NCBI GenBank assembly: GCA_023267435.1
Contig: JAHFNH010000002.1
Location: 88,706 to 152,705, forward strand
Direction: 5' to 3'
Origin: Candidatus Nomurabacteria bacterium
GTDB lineage: Bacteria > Patescibacteriota > Minisyncoccia > Phycocordibacterales > UBA9973
Length of the DNA: 64,000 nucleotides
Positions 7,664 to 19,085 of this stretch are shown piece after piece (position 1 is the first letter of the stretch; each line of letters opens with the position of its first letter). The position numbers and the translations under genes were made by a program. The notes under the pieces are model-generated. The model was not told the origin of the DNA and made no database searches. It saw nothing but the letters and a program-made list of their open reading frames with translations.

Positions 7664-9592
7664 ATGAAAATAGTGACGGTAATTCCACTTAAAAAAGGAG
7701 CTTTTAAGGAAAATCTGACCTATTTCACCTCGAAAGATATACCTGATGGAAGTATTGTGACTGTGCCTATGCGCAACAGTCAAATTCTTGGTTTAGCTGT
7801 CTCTTCTGAAGAAGCAACAGACACCAAGTCCGACATAAAAAATCTTAAATTTAATTTAAAAAAAATAACTGAAGTAAAAGAGAATTCTATTTTCTTAAAA
7901 GAATATATCGAGTCCACTCTCGAAATAAGCAAATATTTTAGTTCAAAGAAAAATGATGCGATCGTATCTCTTATACCAGCAATATTACGCGAAGAGTATG
8001 ACAAGATATCTAAATATAAAAATGAAACAGAAAATGTAAAAGAAGTAGAAAATAATTCTGTAAAATTAAAAAAAGAAAAATTACTTTTTCAATTTCCATT
8101 CGCCGACCGTATTAATTTTTATAAAACTTTAATTCGCGGATCCTTCGCTGAAAAAAAATCTGTCTTCATTGTATTACCGACTGAAATAGATATAGAAAGT
8201 TTTTCCAATGCACTTTGCAAAGGCATAGAAAATTTTACTTTCATTATGCACGGAGGATTGAGTTCAAAAAAAGTATTGAAAAATTTCGAAGAAATCATTA
8301 CATCCACACACCCTGTACTCATATTTGGTACTGCACCATTTCTTTCAATTCCCCGCCGAGATTTCGGGACGATTATCGTAGAACACGAAAGTTCTAATGC
8401 TTACAGAATGATCAGCCGGCCATATTTCGACTTACGTTCCTTTGCAGAGCTTTATGCTTCAAAAATAGGCGCAAAACTAATACTAGGAGATTCATTGCTC
8501 CGTTTTGAAACAATAGCTCGAAAAGAAATAGATAATTTTTCAGAAGTTCATCCATTATCTTTTAGAATAAATTTCGAGGGAGAAATAAAGATTCCTAAAA
8601 AAGAAGATAAATTTAAAATACTATCTGATGACAGTATCGAAGAAATAAAAAATAAAATTTCAAAAAAAGAAAACGTATTTATTTTCTCACTTCGAAAAGG
8701 CCTAGCATCTGAAACACTCTGTCAGGATTGTAACAATCCTGTCATGTGTGAAAAATGTTCTGTGCCTGTCGTTCTGTATTTATCTAGAGATAGTAAAAAA
8801 AGAATGTTTGCCTGCAATAGATGCAATACTGAAAAAGACCCTGAAACCAGATGCCTGCACTGTAATAGCTGGAATTTAATGCCACTCGGCATAGGTACAG
8901 ATACAGTCTACGAAGAAGCAAAAAAACTTTTCCCTAAAACTAAAATTTTCCAACTCGACAAAGAATCTGCCAAGACTGCTAAAGGTGCAGAAAAAATCAT
9001 GAAAGAATTTGAAGAAAATTCCGGATCAATCCTCGTCGGGACTGAAATGGCACTTTTATATATGAAAGAACCAGTAGCTCTGTCAGTTATCGCTTCCTTT
9101 GATTCTCTTTGGAGCGTACCGAGTTTTAAAATGAATGAGAAAATTATTCAGCTCATTGTATCGATAATTTCTAAGACAAAAGAGGAACTAATCATCCAAA
9201 CTAAAAATGAACAAGACCCTGCTATTCATGCAATTAAGACTGAAAATGTTTTAGCTTTTGTGCGCGAAGAGCTAGAGGACAGAAAAAACCTTGGCTATCC
9301 GCCATTTAAAAGATTTATCAAAATAACACACATGGGTAGTAAAGAAGAATCAGATCATACTAAAAAAGCATTAGCGGATGTCTTTAAAGACTACGACCCA
9401 GATATTTTCGGTGGTTTTATAAATAAAATAAAAGACAAGTATGTCACCAATATGCTTGTAAAACTAGACCCTAAAAAATGGTCTCTATCTGAACTATCAT
9501 CAAATTCTGAAATAGATGAAAAACTCCTCTCAAAACTCCTCTCTCTCCCGCACGAATTTTCAGTAACCGTTGATCCAGAAAATTTGTTGTAA
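7664..9592 (+). CDS. priA: Primosomal protein N' (PriA)-like with degenerate ATPase motifs
   Basis: PriA-like N-terminus, Cys4 zinc region (CQDC…CEKC…CNRC…CLHC), LVGTEMAL motif. The Walker A position reads IRGSFAEKK (no GxGKT) and the DEEH box reads VEHE. Confidence 0.65.
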   Translation: MKIVTVIPLKKGAFKENLTYFTSKDIPDGSIVTVPMRNSQILGLAVSSEEATDTKSDIKNLKFNLKKITEVKENSIFLKEYIESTLEISKYFSSKKNDAIVSLIPAILREEYDKISKYKNETENVKEVENNSVKLKKEKLLFQFPFADRINFYKTLIRGSFAEKKSVFIVLPTEIDIESFSNALCKGIENFTFIMHGGLSSKKVLKNFEEIITSTHPVLIFGTAPFLSIPRRDFGTIIVEHESSNAYRMISRPYFDLRSFAELYASKIGAKLILGDSLLRFETIARKEIDNFSEVHPLSFRINFEGEIKIPKKEDKFKILSDDSIEEIKNKISKKENVFIFSLRKGLASETLCQDCNNPVMCEKCSVPVVLYLSRDSKKRMFACNRCNTEKDPETRCLHCNSWNLMPLGIGTDTVYEEAKKLFPKTKIFQLDKESAKTAKGAEKIMKEFEENSGSILVGTEMALLYMKEPVALSVIASFDSLWSVPSFKMNEKIIQLIVSIISKTKEELIIQTKNEQDPAIHAIKTENVLAFVREELEDRKNLGYPPFKRFIKITHMGSKEESDHTKKALADVFKDYDPDIFGGFINKIKDKYVTNMLVKLDPKKWSLSELSSNSEIDEKLLSKLLSLPHEFSVTVDPENLL

Positions 9593-9593
9593 A

Positions 9594-9629
9594 TAAAAAA
9601 AACAAGGGATTTAAATTCCTTGTTTTTAA
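9594..9629. terminator. Bidirectional terminator (aacaagggatttaaattccttgtt) between convergent genes
   Basis: Perfect hairpin flanked by A-run and T-run. Confidence 0.75.
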
Positions 9630-9646
9630 TTCTGTTTATTAATAAC

Positions 9647-9847
9647 CTAATTCCAAGTTACTGAGTTCGATGGAACCTCATAAAATGGAGCCTGTCCTGG
9701 TTTATCAGATACAGCAATTCCATCTTTCCCAATGCAACCATAAGTATACTCACTATACTCATGCACTTCTTTCCCTTTTTTTAGATCATTACTGAGCCAA
9801 GGATAATCTTTTTTCCTTAAATCTCTATTTAACACACCCTTTTTCAT
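9647..9847 (-). CDS. Hypothetical small protein (66 aa)
   Basis: ORF only. Confidence 0.4.
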   Translation of the reverse strand: MKKGVLNRDLRKKDYPWLSNDLKKGKEVHEYSEYTYGCIGKDGIAVSDKPGQAPFYEVPSNSVTWN

Positions 9848-9934
9848 GTCTTTGGAATTTTAATTTGTGAACTTTTTTATTTCCAACTCAAAGTTTACCA
9901 TATATAATATATCTGTCAAATAAGACAACCTTTA

Positions 9935-10681
9935 TCAAGAAACAAGCACAACAAACTCCCCTTTTTGTTTTACAGGGTTTTTGGTTAGATATGCAAGAAG
10001 TTCTTCTGCAGAACCGGTTTTAAATTCTTCATAGATTTTTGTTATTTCACGAGCAATGCAGACTTTTTTGTCTGGGCAGAATTTTATTAACGATTCTAGA
10101 GTTTTTAAAATTCTGTGTGGAGACTCATAAAAAACCATCGTGCGTTTTGCTTCGGAAATTTCTTTAAATAATGTTTCTCTACCTTTCTTATGTGGCAAGA
10201 AGCCTAAAAATGTAAATTCATGAGTTGGCAAACCTGACGCACAAAGCGCAGCGATCAAAGCCGTCGCACCGGGTATAGGAATAACTTGAACTTCATCGCC
10301 AAATTTCTCTTTCATTTTTGAAACAAGCATTGCACCTGGGTCTGATATTGTCGGCGTGCCGGCATCAGAAACTAAAGCAAGATTTTTTCCTTGTTCCAAT
10401 AATTCAAAAATTTTATCAGTCTTCGCTAGTTTACTCTGAGCATGATAACTCATCGTTGGCTTGCTGATATTATATTTATCTAAAATTCTTTTTGTATCGC
10501 GAGTATCTTCGCACAATATCAAATCCACTTCTTTAAGTGTTTCAATTGCTCGGAGTGTAATATCTCCCATATTTCCTATTGGTGTGGCAACTATATAAAA
10601 TTTAACCACACACTTATTTTCTAAATGTTCAGAAAAACCTTTTGCAGAATTGTCATTAAATAAGTGTTTGGTTTTAGACAT
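9935..10681 (-). CDS. rsmI: 16S rRNA (cytidine1402-2'-O)-methyltransferase RsmI (tetrapyrrole methylase fold), TGA stop
   Basis: …IVATPIGNMGDITLRAIETLKEVDLILCEDTRDTKRIL… is the RsmI signature. Confidence 0.85.
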   Translation of the reverse strand: MSKTKHLFNDNSAKGFSEHLENKCVVKFYIVATPIGNMGDITLRAIETLKEVDLILCEDTRDTKRILDKYNISKPTMSYHAQSKLAKTDKIFELLEQGKNLALVSDAGTPTISDPGAMLVSKMKEKFGDEVQVIPIPGATALIAALCASGLPTHEFTFLGFLPHKKGRETLFKEISEAKRTMVFYESPHRILKTLESLIKFCPDKKVCIAREITKIYEEFKTGSAEELLAYLTKNPVKQKGEFVVLVS

Positions 10682-10685
10682 AATA

Positions 10686-11171
10686 TTAAGCTATTTTCTC
10701 AAGCTTATTTTTTTCTTTATAAACGAGAGGATGTAGATGCGCCAAGATAACAATCATCAAAGCAATAGTTAAAATATTATCAATAATAAATCGTCCTTCT
10801 AATGTTGGTATTAAAAAACCACTCCAAGTAAATTCTGGCAATAAGAAAAGCGGTAGGATCACTACTATTAAATGCAAAGTAAGAAAGAAAAGCGCCAAAT
10901 GTCTCAAACTATGATTGATAATAGTCAGAGCTATAATTATTTCGAAAACTCCCAACACAATAAGAAGATTATTCAAAGGCACTCCTGGTATTGTTTTTGT
11001 TATGAGTTCAGAAATAATCGGATTTAAAGGAGAAAGAGAAAGTAATTTTAAAATACCAGACCAAAAATAAACTATAAAAATAGAAAATCTGGCAAATGGC
11101 ATCGCCCATCTTCTAACATTAGATATCATCCAATAATCAAAATTTTCTATTCTTTCAAGAATTTTTCCCAT
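10686..11171 (-). CDS. Integral membrane protein (4 TM), possibly DoxX-like
   Basis: Hydrophobic segments; weak DoxX resemblance. Confidence 0.45.
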   Translation of the reverse strand: MGKILERIENFDYWMISNVRRWAMPFARFSIFIVYFWSGILKLLSLSPLNPIISELITKTIPGVPLNNLLIVLGVFEIIIALTIINHSLRHLALFFLTLHLIVVILPLFLLPEFTWSGFLIPTLEGRFIIDNILTIALMIVILAHLHPLVYKEKNKLEKIA

Positions 11172-11225
11172 AAAAATATTATACCACCTACCTTATAATA
11201 TCCACAATAATAATGTTTATGTTAA

Positions 11226-11687
11226 TTATTTTCTATTGTATCTACCCATCAATTCTGCTTCAGCTAAAATATACCCTTGCATAGCATCGATAACTTCCTG
11301 TTTCATAGCACCCTCAGCTAGATTGAGCATAGAATCAAGAGCGTAAAGCTTGAAGAAATATCTGTGTTCTCTGTCAGGCGGACAAGGACTTCCATATGCC
11401 ATATTGCCTCTGGTATTTTTACCTAAAACTCCAGGCGGAGTGGAATTTTCTTTTATCTCTTTTACATCTGGCGGCATATTAAAAACAACCCAGTGATCCC
11501 AAACTTCAATTCCAAAACTTTGTTTGGCAGAATCTGGAATATCAGGATCATCCATCAAAAGAACTAAACTTTTAGCCTCTATAGGAACATCACCAATAAT
11601 AAGTGAAGGATTTATCCCTTCGCCATCGCAAGTGTACTTCGATGGAATTTCTTTTCCATTTTCAAAACTTGGACTTTGTATATTCAT
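11226..11687 (-). CDS. YbhB/YbcL (PEBP/RKIP-like) family protein
   Basis: DDPDIPD and HRYFFKLYALD motifs; start set to Met-8 to avoid overlap with atpC. Confidence 0.75.
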   Translation of the reverse strand: MNIQSPSFENGKEIPSKYTCDGEGINPSLIIGDVPIEAKSLVLLMDDPDIPDSAKQSFGIEVWDHWVVFNMPPDVKEIKENSTPPGVLGKNTRGNMAYGSPCPPDREHRYFFKLYALDSMLNLAEGAMKQEVIDAMQGYILAEAELMGRYNRK

Positions 11688-11694
11688 ACATGAA

Positions 11695-11946
11695 TTATAT
11701 AATATCAACCAAAATAATCACACTGCTTTTTGGTTTGATTTCTAAGACCCCACCAGAAATGGTAAAGGTATTTTTTTCAGATCCAGTATCAAGAACAATA
11801 TCTCCTTTTGCCAGAGCTGAGACGAGTTGCATATGTTCAGGCAGTACTTCGATAATTCCGCTCTTTGTGGGCACAACTACAGAAATAGCCTCACCATCGT
11901 AGGCGACTTTATCTTTAGCTATAATTGCGATTTTAAGATTTGTCAT
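11695..11946 (-). CDS. atpC: ATP synthase epsilon subunit (beta-sandwich domain only, 83 aa)
   Basis: Position after atpD and epsilon N-domain similarity. Confidence 0.8.
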   Translation of the reverse strand: MTNLKIAIIAKDKVAYDGEAISVVVPTKSGIIEVLPEHMQLVSALAKGDIVLDTGSEKNTFTISGGVLEIKPKSSVIILVDII

Positions 11947-11962
11947 TTTAAAAAATTAAAAA

Positions 11963-13381
<1,419 letters not shown>

Positions 13382-14287
13382 TTAATTGCTTGATAATGCT
13401 TCCGCTCCGGCGACTATCTCGGAAAGCTCTCTGGTGATACCGTCTTGTCTTGCATGGTTGTAAGACAACATAAGTTTATTTAATATTGTCGTGGCATTGT
13501 CTCCGGCGTTCTTCATCGCAAACATTCTGGCGGAGTGTTCTGAGGCAAAGGCTTCGGATAATGCTTGATAAACGACTACATCGACTAACCCTGGTAAAAT
13601 ATTTTCTAAGATCGTTTCTATGTCTGGCTCAAATTTATAATCTACAAAACTTTCATCTTCTTTCACACTCACTTTTTCTTCTTCAGTCTCTATTATATTT
13701 TTTACTGATTCAGGGCTGATTGGGAAGAGTTCTCGCAAGACTGGTTTGTAAGAAGTTGATTTCAGGAATTGTGTGTATAAAATCTTTGCGCTCTTGTATC
13801 CCCCTTCGACATATTCTTTTGAAACCAAATCCGATAATTCTTTTATCTGTTCCATACTCGAAGCTTCGGAGAAAGTTGTGAAGCTTGCGAAAGTTGGGAC
13901 ACCAGCTTTCTTGCAAATCTTCTCGCCATACTTTCCTATCGTTATGGCTTTCAAATCAATTCCTCGAGACTCTTCTTTTTTCAAATAAATATTTAAAGCT
14001 TTAAAAAGGTTTGTATGATACCCACCGCAAAGACCCTTACTACTAGCGACAACGACAAGTAATTCCTTGTCAGTTTTCCCTTTTTCCATCAAAGGATGTG
14101 AGACATCTTTATTTTTTGAAAGGTTCACCAATAGGTCTAAAGCAAAACGAGCATAAGCGCGTGAGGCAAGAGTTTTGTCCACCGCGCGACGCATTTTGGA
14201 AACAGAAACCATCTCCATCGTTTTTGTGATTTTTTTGATGTTTCCTGTCGATTTTATTTTTTGTTTTATTTCTTTAGTTGAAGCCAT
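13382..14287 (-). CDS. atpG: ATP synthase F1 gamma subunit
   Basis: Gamma subunit length and conserved C-terminus …ITRELSEIVAGAEAL. Confidence 0.92.
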   Translation of the reverse strand: MASTKEIKQKIKSTGNIKKITKTMEMVSVSKMRRAVDKTLASRAYARFALDLLVNLSKNKDVSHPLMEKGKTDKELLVVVASSKGLCGGYHTNLFKALNIYLKKEESRGIDLKAITIGKYGEKICKKAGVPTFASFTTFSEASSMEQIKELSDLVSKEYVEGGYKSAKILYTQFLKSTSYKPVLRELFPISPESVKNIIETEEEKVSVKEDESFVDYKFEPDIETILENILPGLVDVVVYQALSEAFASEHSARMFAMKNAGDNATTILNKLMLSYNHARQDGITRELSEIVAGAEALSSN

Positions 14288-14317
14288 ATGAGTAGCTAAA
14301 TAAATTAGCTTTTAAAA

Positions 14318-15805
14318 TTACATTCCCATGAATTCAATAATTGCACCGCGTAGTTCTGTCTCTATAACATCATCCCAACCTCCTGATAATTTTGTAAGTA
14401 AATCTTTTTTGGCACGCTCTAAGTGTGTGTAGAAATTTTCTTCCCACGCTTTGATTTCTGTAGTTTCTAATTCATCCAAATATCCTTCGTTTACAGCGAA
14501 AATAGAGGTGACTTGCTTGGCGACAGATATAGGAGAATATTGATTTTGTTTTAGAAGTTCAGTCACTCTCTTTCCTCTGTTGATAGATTTCTTTGTTTCA
14601 GGATCAAGATCGGAATCAAACTGTGCGAAAGATTCAAGTTCACGATATTGAGCCATCGCTAGTTTCATTTTACCAGCAACTTTCTTCATTGATTTTATTT
14701 GTGCACTTGAACCCACGCGAGAAACAGAAAGACCGACGTTGATAGCTGGACGAAGACCTTTGTTGAAAAGACCTGTCTCCAAGAATATTTGTCCGTCAGT
14801 GATAGAAATAACGTTAGTAGGAATATATGCAGACACGTCACCGGCTTGAGTTTCGATGATAGGCAAAGCAGTGATAGATCCACCTCCGTAATTTTTATTC
14901 AATCGGCAAGCGCGTTCCAATAAACGGGAGTGCAAATAGAAAACGTCTCCAGGATAAGCTTCACGACCCGGTGGACGGCGAAGCAAAAGAGAAATCTCAC
15001 GGTAAGCCACAGCGTGCTTGGAAAGATCATCATAAATTATTAAAACATCTTTTCCTTTGTCCAAGAAATATTCTCCAAGTGCTGTACCAGAGTAAGGAGC
15101 AAGGTATGAGAAAGCTGGACCGTCAGATGATCCGGCTGAGACGACGATAGTGTAATCCATCGCACCTGCTTCTTTTAATTTTGAAACGATACGAGCGACT
15201 TTTGATTGTTTTTGTGAAATAGCGACATAGATACAAATAATATCTTCGCCTTTTTGGTTGATGATAGTGTCGATAGCTATCGCAGTCTTACCTGTCTGAC
15301 GGTCACCGATGATAAGCTCGCGTTGTCCGCGACCGATCGGAATCATAGCGTCTATGGCCTTTATACCAGTCTGTACGGGGGTTTTCACAGGTTCACGAGT
15401 CATAACACCTGAAGCGACTTTTTCCACCGGGTAAACAGCGTCTGACTGAATAGCACCTGCTTCATCGATAGGTTCACCTAGAGGGTTTACCACACGTCCG
15501 ATGAAATTTTCTCCGACAGGAATAGAAAGAATCTGGTTTGTTCTCTTTACTGTTTCCCCTTCTTTGATTTTAGAAAAATCTCCGAGGACGATAGCTCCGA
15601 CAGAATCTTCTTCCAAGTTGAGCGCGAGCCCAATAGCTCCGGATTCGAAAGAAACCATTTCTGAAGACTGACATTTTGCAAGACCAGAAATCTTTGCGAT
15701 TCCGTCTGCAACTGAAAGGACTGTGCCATATTCATACATCTCGGCACCTCCTTCAAAACCGGCAATTCTCTTTTTCAAATTTTCTATTGTTGTATTCGCG
15801 CTCAT
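14318..15805 (-). CDS. atpA: ATP synthase F1 alpha subunit
   Basis: GDRQTGKT Walker A and alpha signature. Confidence 0.97.
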   Translation of the reverse strand: MSANTTIENLKKRIAGFEGGAEMYEYGTVLSVADGIAKISGLAKCQSSEMVSFESGAIGLALNLEEDSVGAIVLGDFSKIKEGETVKRTNQILSIPVGENFIGRVVNPLGEPIDEAGAIQSDAVYPVEKVASGVMTREPVKTPVQTGIKAIDAMIPIGRGQRELIIGDRQTGKTAIAIDTIINQKGEDIICIYVAISQKQSKVARIVSKLKEAGAMDYTIVVSAGSSDGPAFSYLAPYSGTALGEYFLDKGKDVLIIYDDLSKHAVAYREISLLLRRPPGREAYPGDVFYLHSRLLERACRLNKNYGGGSITALPIIETQAGDVSAYIPTNVISITDGQIFLETGLFNKGLRPAINVGLSVSRVGSSAQIKSMKKVAGKMKLAMAQYRELESFAQFDSDLDPETKKSINRGKRVTELLKQNQYSPISVAKQVTSIFAVNEGYLDELETTEIKAWEENFYTHLERAKKDLLTKLSGGWDDVIETELRGAIIEFMGM

Positions 15806-15815
15806 AATTTTAAAA

Positions 15816-16193
15816 TTAATTATTTATAATATTTTTTTCTAATTTTTTCAGACCTGTCATGATACTCGCGTCATAAATCTTTCCTCCGAACTTCGCTCTA
15901 AACCCTGCGATTAATTCTTTTTTTATTTTTAATGATTCATCTAAATGTTCAGCTTTTAGGAAACTCTTTATTTGTTTAGCGGTCTCGGGTTTTATCTCGT
16001 GAGCTATTTCTATTTGTATTCCTTTTTTCTCTTTTTCTTTTTCAGTAATTCTTTCAAGGTGATAAAGTATTGAATTCATCTGACCTTTCAAATTTCTCTT
16101 TTCAATAAAATCAAAAAACTTCTGGTCGAGACCTTCTGTATTTTCTTCAGACAATTCGAATAAAGCCTGAGCCAGTTGTTTTGATTTGATCAT
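15816..16193 (-). CDS. atpH: ATP synthase delta (OSCP) subunit, short form (125 aa)
   Basis: Operon position; C-terminal [17 protein letters not shown] resembles the delta C-terminus. Confidence 0.7.
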   Translation of the reverse strand: MIKSKQLAQALFELSEENTEGLDQKFFDFIEKRNLKGQMNSILYHLERITEKEKEKKGIQIEIAHEIKPETAKQIKSFLKAEHLDESLKIKKELIAGFRAKFGGKIYDASIMTGLKKLEKNIINN

Positions 16194-16688
16194 TTATTTT
16201 TTGGCCAACATTGCGTTGATAATTTCTTCGCCCTTACCTGCAGATACATAACCTTCAACCATTTTACGAACACCGACAGATACAAGCTCTGCGACTTCTT
16301 TTCTGATTGCGTCATCTCCATTTTTCTTTTCTTTTTCTGCATCAAGCTTGGCTTGTCTCAAGATTTCTTCTTTTTCAAGAGTTGCTTTGTCTTTCGCTTC
16401 TTTTACTATTTCTTTACCGTCAGCTTGTGATTGACTGATAATATTTTTAGCATTATCTTTCGCTTCTCTGATTATTTCTTCTTTTTTGAAACCTGCGCCT
16501 TCAAGTTCGACTATTGCTTTTTCAGCATTAGTCAAACCATCCTTTATTTCATTCTCACGATCATCCATCAACTTGCGAAGAGGTTTCGCTGCAATAAAAT
16601 AAAGCGCAATAAAAACAAGCACAAAGTTAAATAACTGCGCGAGCATTATCTTCCAATCTATGTGAAATGTCGAAATTAATTCATTCAT
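16194..16688 (-). CDS. atpF: ATP synthase Fo subunit b
   Basis: Single N-terminal TM plus long charged coiled coil; operon position. Confidence 0.85.
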   Translation of the reverse strand: MNELISTFHIDWKIMLAQLFNFVLVFIALYFIAAKPLRKLMDDRENEIKDGLTNAEKAIVELEGAGFKKEEIIREAKDNAKNIISQSQADGKEIVKEAKDKATLEKEEILRQAKLDAEKEKKNGDDAIRKEVAELVSVGVRKMVEGYVSAGKGEEIINAMLAKK

Positions 16689-16720
16689 GATTTTTCTTTT
16701 TTGTAAATTAAAAAAATTAA

Positions 16721-16767
16721 GGCGTCGTGGGTCCCCTTTCCTATCTTTTCAGAGGGCGAAGGCGCAG
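16721..16767. repeat. E1 repeat element, intergenic copy between atpF and atpE
   Basis: ggcgtcgtgggtcccctttcctatcttttcagagggcgaaggcgcag; two further copies lie in-frame in the FAD oxidase gene (23470..23514, 23929..23973). Confidence 0.85.
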
Positions 16768-16800
16768 AATTTTTTTAAATTTATAAAAAACTTATAAAAA

Positions 16801-17097
<297 letters not shown>

Positions 17098-17116
17098 TTA
17101 TTCGACTAATTTTTAA

Positions 17117-17153
17117 TTTCGCCTCTTCGGCGAATCAGCCGTTGAGGCTGAAA
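17117..17153. repeat. E2 repeat element (double hairpin), intergenic copy between atpE and atpB
   Basis: tttcgccTCTTCggcgaatcagccGTTGAggctgaaa; stems covary with copies at 18951..18986 and 57815..57852. Confidence 0.85.
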
Positions 17154-17156
17154 TTT

Positions 17157-18029
17157 CTAATGTGCGTGTGCTTCCTTGTGTTCTTCGTGTTCACTGTGAT
17201 CTTGTGCTGCTATTGCGAAATACACAGTGGCGAGCAAACTAAAAATCAAAGCTTGAATCAAGCCAACGAATACTTCCAAAAACAAAAATGGTGCTGGCAC
17301 AAGATATGCCATAATGACACCCATAGAAGCCAATAACACTTCTCCTGCAAAAACATTTCCGAAAAGACGGAAAGATAGTGATGCGATTTTTGCCATTTCA
17401 CCGACTAATTCAAGTATTCCAACAAAGAAATTTATAGGAGCAACAATGAGCACTGTCGGGTCTTTTTTCACCTTTGTGAATATGGAACCGAGCGATATTA
17501 GATTAACATATTTATTGAAACTTTTCCATAATCCAACCATAAATATTCCAAAAATATTTGAAGCGATTACCACCATAATAGCAAGCGCTAATGTGGTATT
17601 TATATCAGCTGTGGCAGATCTGAAAAGAGGTACGAAGGTTGCATTTCCTCCTTCAAAAGAAGTAAAACCTAAAGAACCTAGAAGTGGCATCAATCCAAGC
17701 CAATTACTAATCAGTATGAAAAAGAAAAGTGAAAAAGATAATGGAAAAACTTTTTTAGAAATTTTCCTGTCGCCAGTCACCTGATCGCAAAGAGATAAAG
17801 CGCCTTCCATTATGATTTCAAAAAAATTCTGCAACTTTCCTGGTATTTTTTTTAATTTTAAACGAATAGCAAATGCTAATGCTAAAATTATAAGAAGTGT
17901 TAACCACGAAGTGATGATAGAATTTGTAACAGTAAAATTACCAATATTAAAAATCGGCTCAGCAAAGATAGTCACTTCGTGAGATATTGGAATATTAGTA
18001 TTTATATTTTGCGTATTACTTTGAGTCAT
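17157..18029 (-). CDS. atpB: ATP synthase Fo subunit a
   Basis: Polytopic protein with the conserved LSFRLFGNVFAGE arginine motif. Confidence 0.92.
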   Translation of the reverse strand: MTQSNTQNINTNIPISHEVTIFAEPIFNIGNFTVTNSIITSWLTLLIILALAFAIRLKLKKIPGKLQNFFEIIMEGALSLCDQVTGDRKISKKVFPLSFSLFFFILISNWLGLMPLLGSLGFTSFEGGNATFVPLFRSATADINTTLALAIMVVIASNIFGIFMVGLWKSFNKYVNLISLGSIFTKVKKDPTVLIVAPINFFVGILELVGEMAKIASLSFRLFGNVFAGEVLLASMGVIMAYLVPAPFLFLEVFVGLIQALIFSLLATVYFAIAAQDHSEHEEHKEAHAH

Positions 18030-18031
18030 TA

Positions 18032-18271
18032 TTATAAACTTTTTTGATAATTTTTTACTTCTTTAAATATTCCATAACAAGAAACACCAAAACTTAATCC
18101 GATTAAAATTGGAAAAATAAATTGAGAATTTAGATTAAAAAAATTTTTAACAAATAAAGACAACAAAGCTGGAATCAAAATCCATGCTGTTGTCTTGGCA
18201 TAAAAAACCAATGCTATAACTTTCCAATCTTTCTCTTTTTTATCTAATTCTTTCATTTCACAAAAAACCAA
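18032..18271 (-). CDS. Small membrane protein at head of atp operon (AtpI/AtpZ-like)
   Basis: Two hydrophobic helices; position immediately upstream of atpB. Confidence 0.5.
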   Translation of the reverse strand: MVFCEMKELDKKEKDWKVIALVFYAKTTAWILIPALLSLFVKNFFNLNSQFIFPILIGLSFGVSCYGIFKEVKNYQKSL

Positions 18272-18342
18272 AAATAAATCTGAATAATTAGAATAACTAA
18301 AACAAAAACTATTGTTATAATTTCATTTCTATTATTCATTTG

Positions 18343-18414
18343 TGAGTGTGGATGGAATCGGACCATCGACCTCTGTCTTATCAGGACAGCGTTCTACCAC
18401 TGAACTACACACTC
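18343..18414 (-). tRNA. trnI: tRNA-Ile (anticodon GAU)
   Basis: Hand fold: acceptor GAGTGTG/CACACTC, anticodon loop CTGATAA, T-loop TCCGATT. Confidence 0.85.
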
Positions 18415-18468
18415 ATGTGATCTAAAATTAACTCATAAAATATAACAAATATAACAAAAAAGGGCAAA

Positions 18469-18501
18469 TAAAAAACACTCTATTGCTAGAGTGTTTTTTA
18501 T
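18469..18501. terminator. Bidirectional terminator (aacactctattgctagagtgtt) after the RRM gene
   Basis: Perfect hairpin with A- and T-runs. Confidence 0.75.
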
Positions 18502-18521
18502 TTTTAGAAACTAATTTGAGA

Positions 18522-18857
18522 TTAGTATTCTCGGCGTCCACCGCGGTTTCCACCACCGTATCCACCACCATTGCCTCCTCCGAATCCACCAGTTCTTGGT
18601 GGTCGAGCTTCCATAGGGCGAGCTTCGTTGACTGTTAGTTTGCGTCCTTCGAATTCCTGGCCGTTGAACATTGAGACAGCACTTTGTGCTTCCTCGTCTG
18701 TTGACATTTCAACGAATCCGAAACCTTTTGAGCGACCGGACATTTTGTCCATGATAATCACAGCGGAAGTAACACTTCCTGCTTGTGCGAAAAGCTCTTT
18801 AAGAGCATCTTCTTGTGTACTGTAAGGTAATCCCCCTACGTATAGCTTTGTAGCCAT
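18522..18857 (-). CDS. RNA-binding protein, RRM domain with Gly-rich tail
   Basis: RNP2 LYVGGL and RNP1 KGFGFVEM motifs; GGxGGG C-terminal tail. Confidence 0.88.
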   Translation of the reverse strand: MATKLYVGGLPYSTQEDALKELFAQAGSVTSAVIIMDKMSGRSKGFGFVEMSTDEEAQSAVSMFNGQEFEGRKLTVNEARPMEARPPRTGGFGGGNGGGYGGGNRGGRREY

Positions 18858-18950
18858 TCTTATATTTCTCCCGTTTTTTAAAAATCGGGCAAAAACTATT
18901 TATAATGCGTAGATACTCTTACCGCTCAATTGGCTTAATTGGTGCCTAAC

Positions 18951-18986
18951 AATCGCCTCATCGGCGATCTGCCGTAGAGGCAGATC
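18951..18986. repeat. E2 repeat element, intergenic copy between the RRM gene and prfA
   Basis: aatcgccTCATCggcgatctgccGTAGAggcagatc. Confidence 0.85.
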
Positions 18987-19085
18987 AACACTCACAACTC
19001 AAACAAAAAGCTCTGGAGAAACTACACGCGAAGTATAGCACAAAAATAGAAAAAAGCAATGAAAGTGTATAGGTGTGGATAAATT

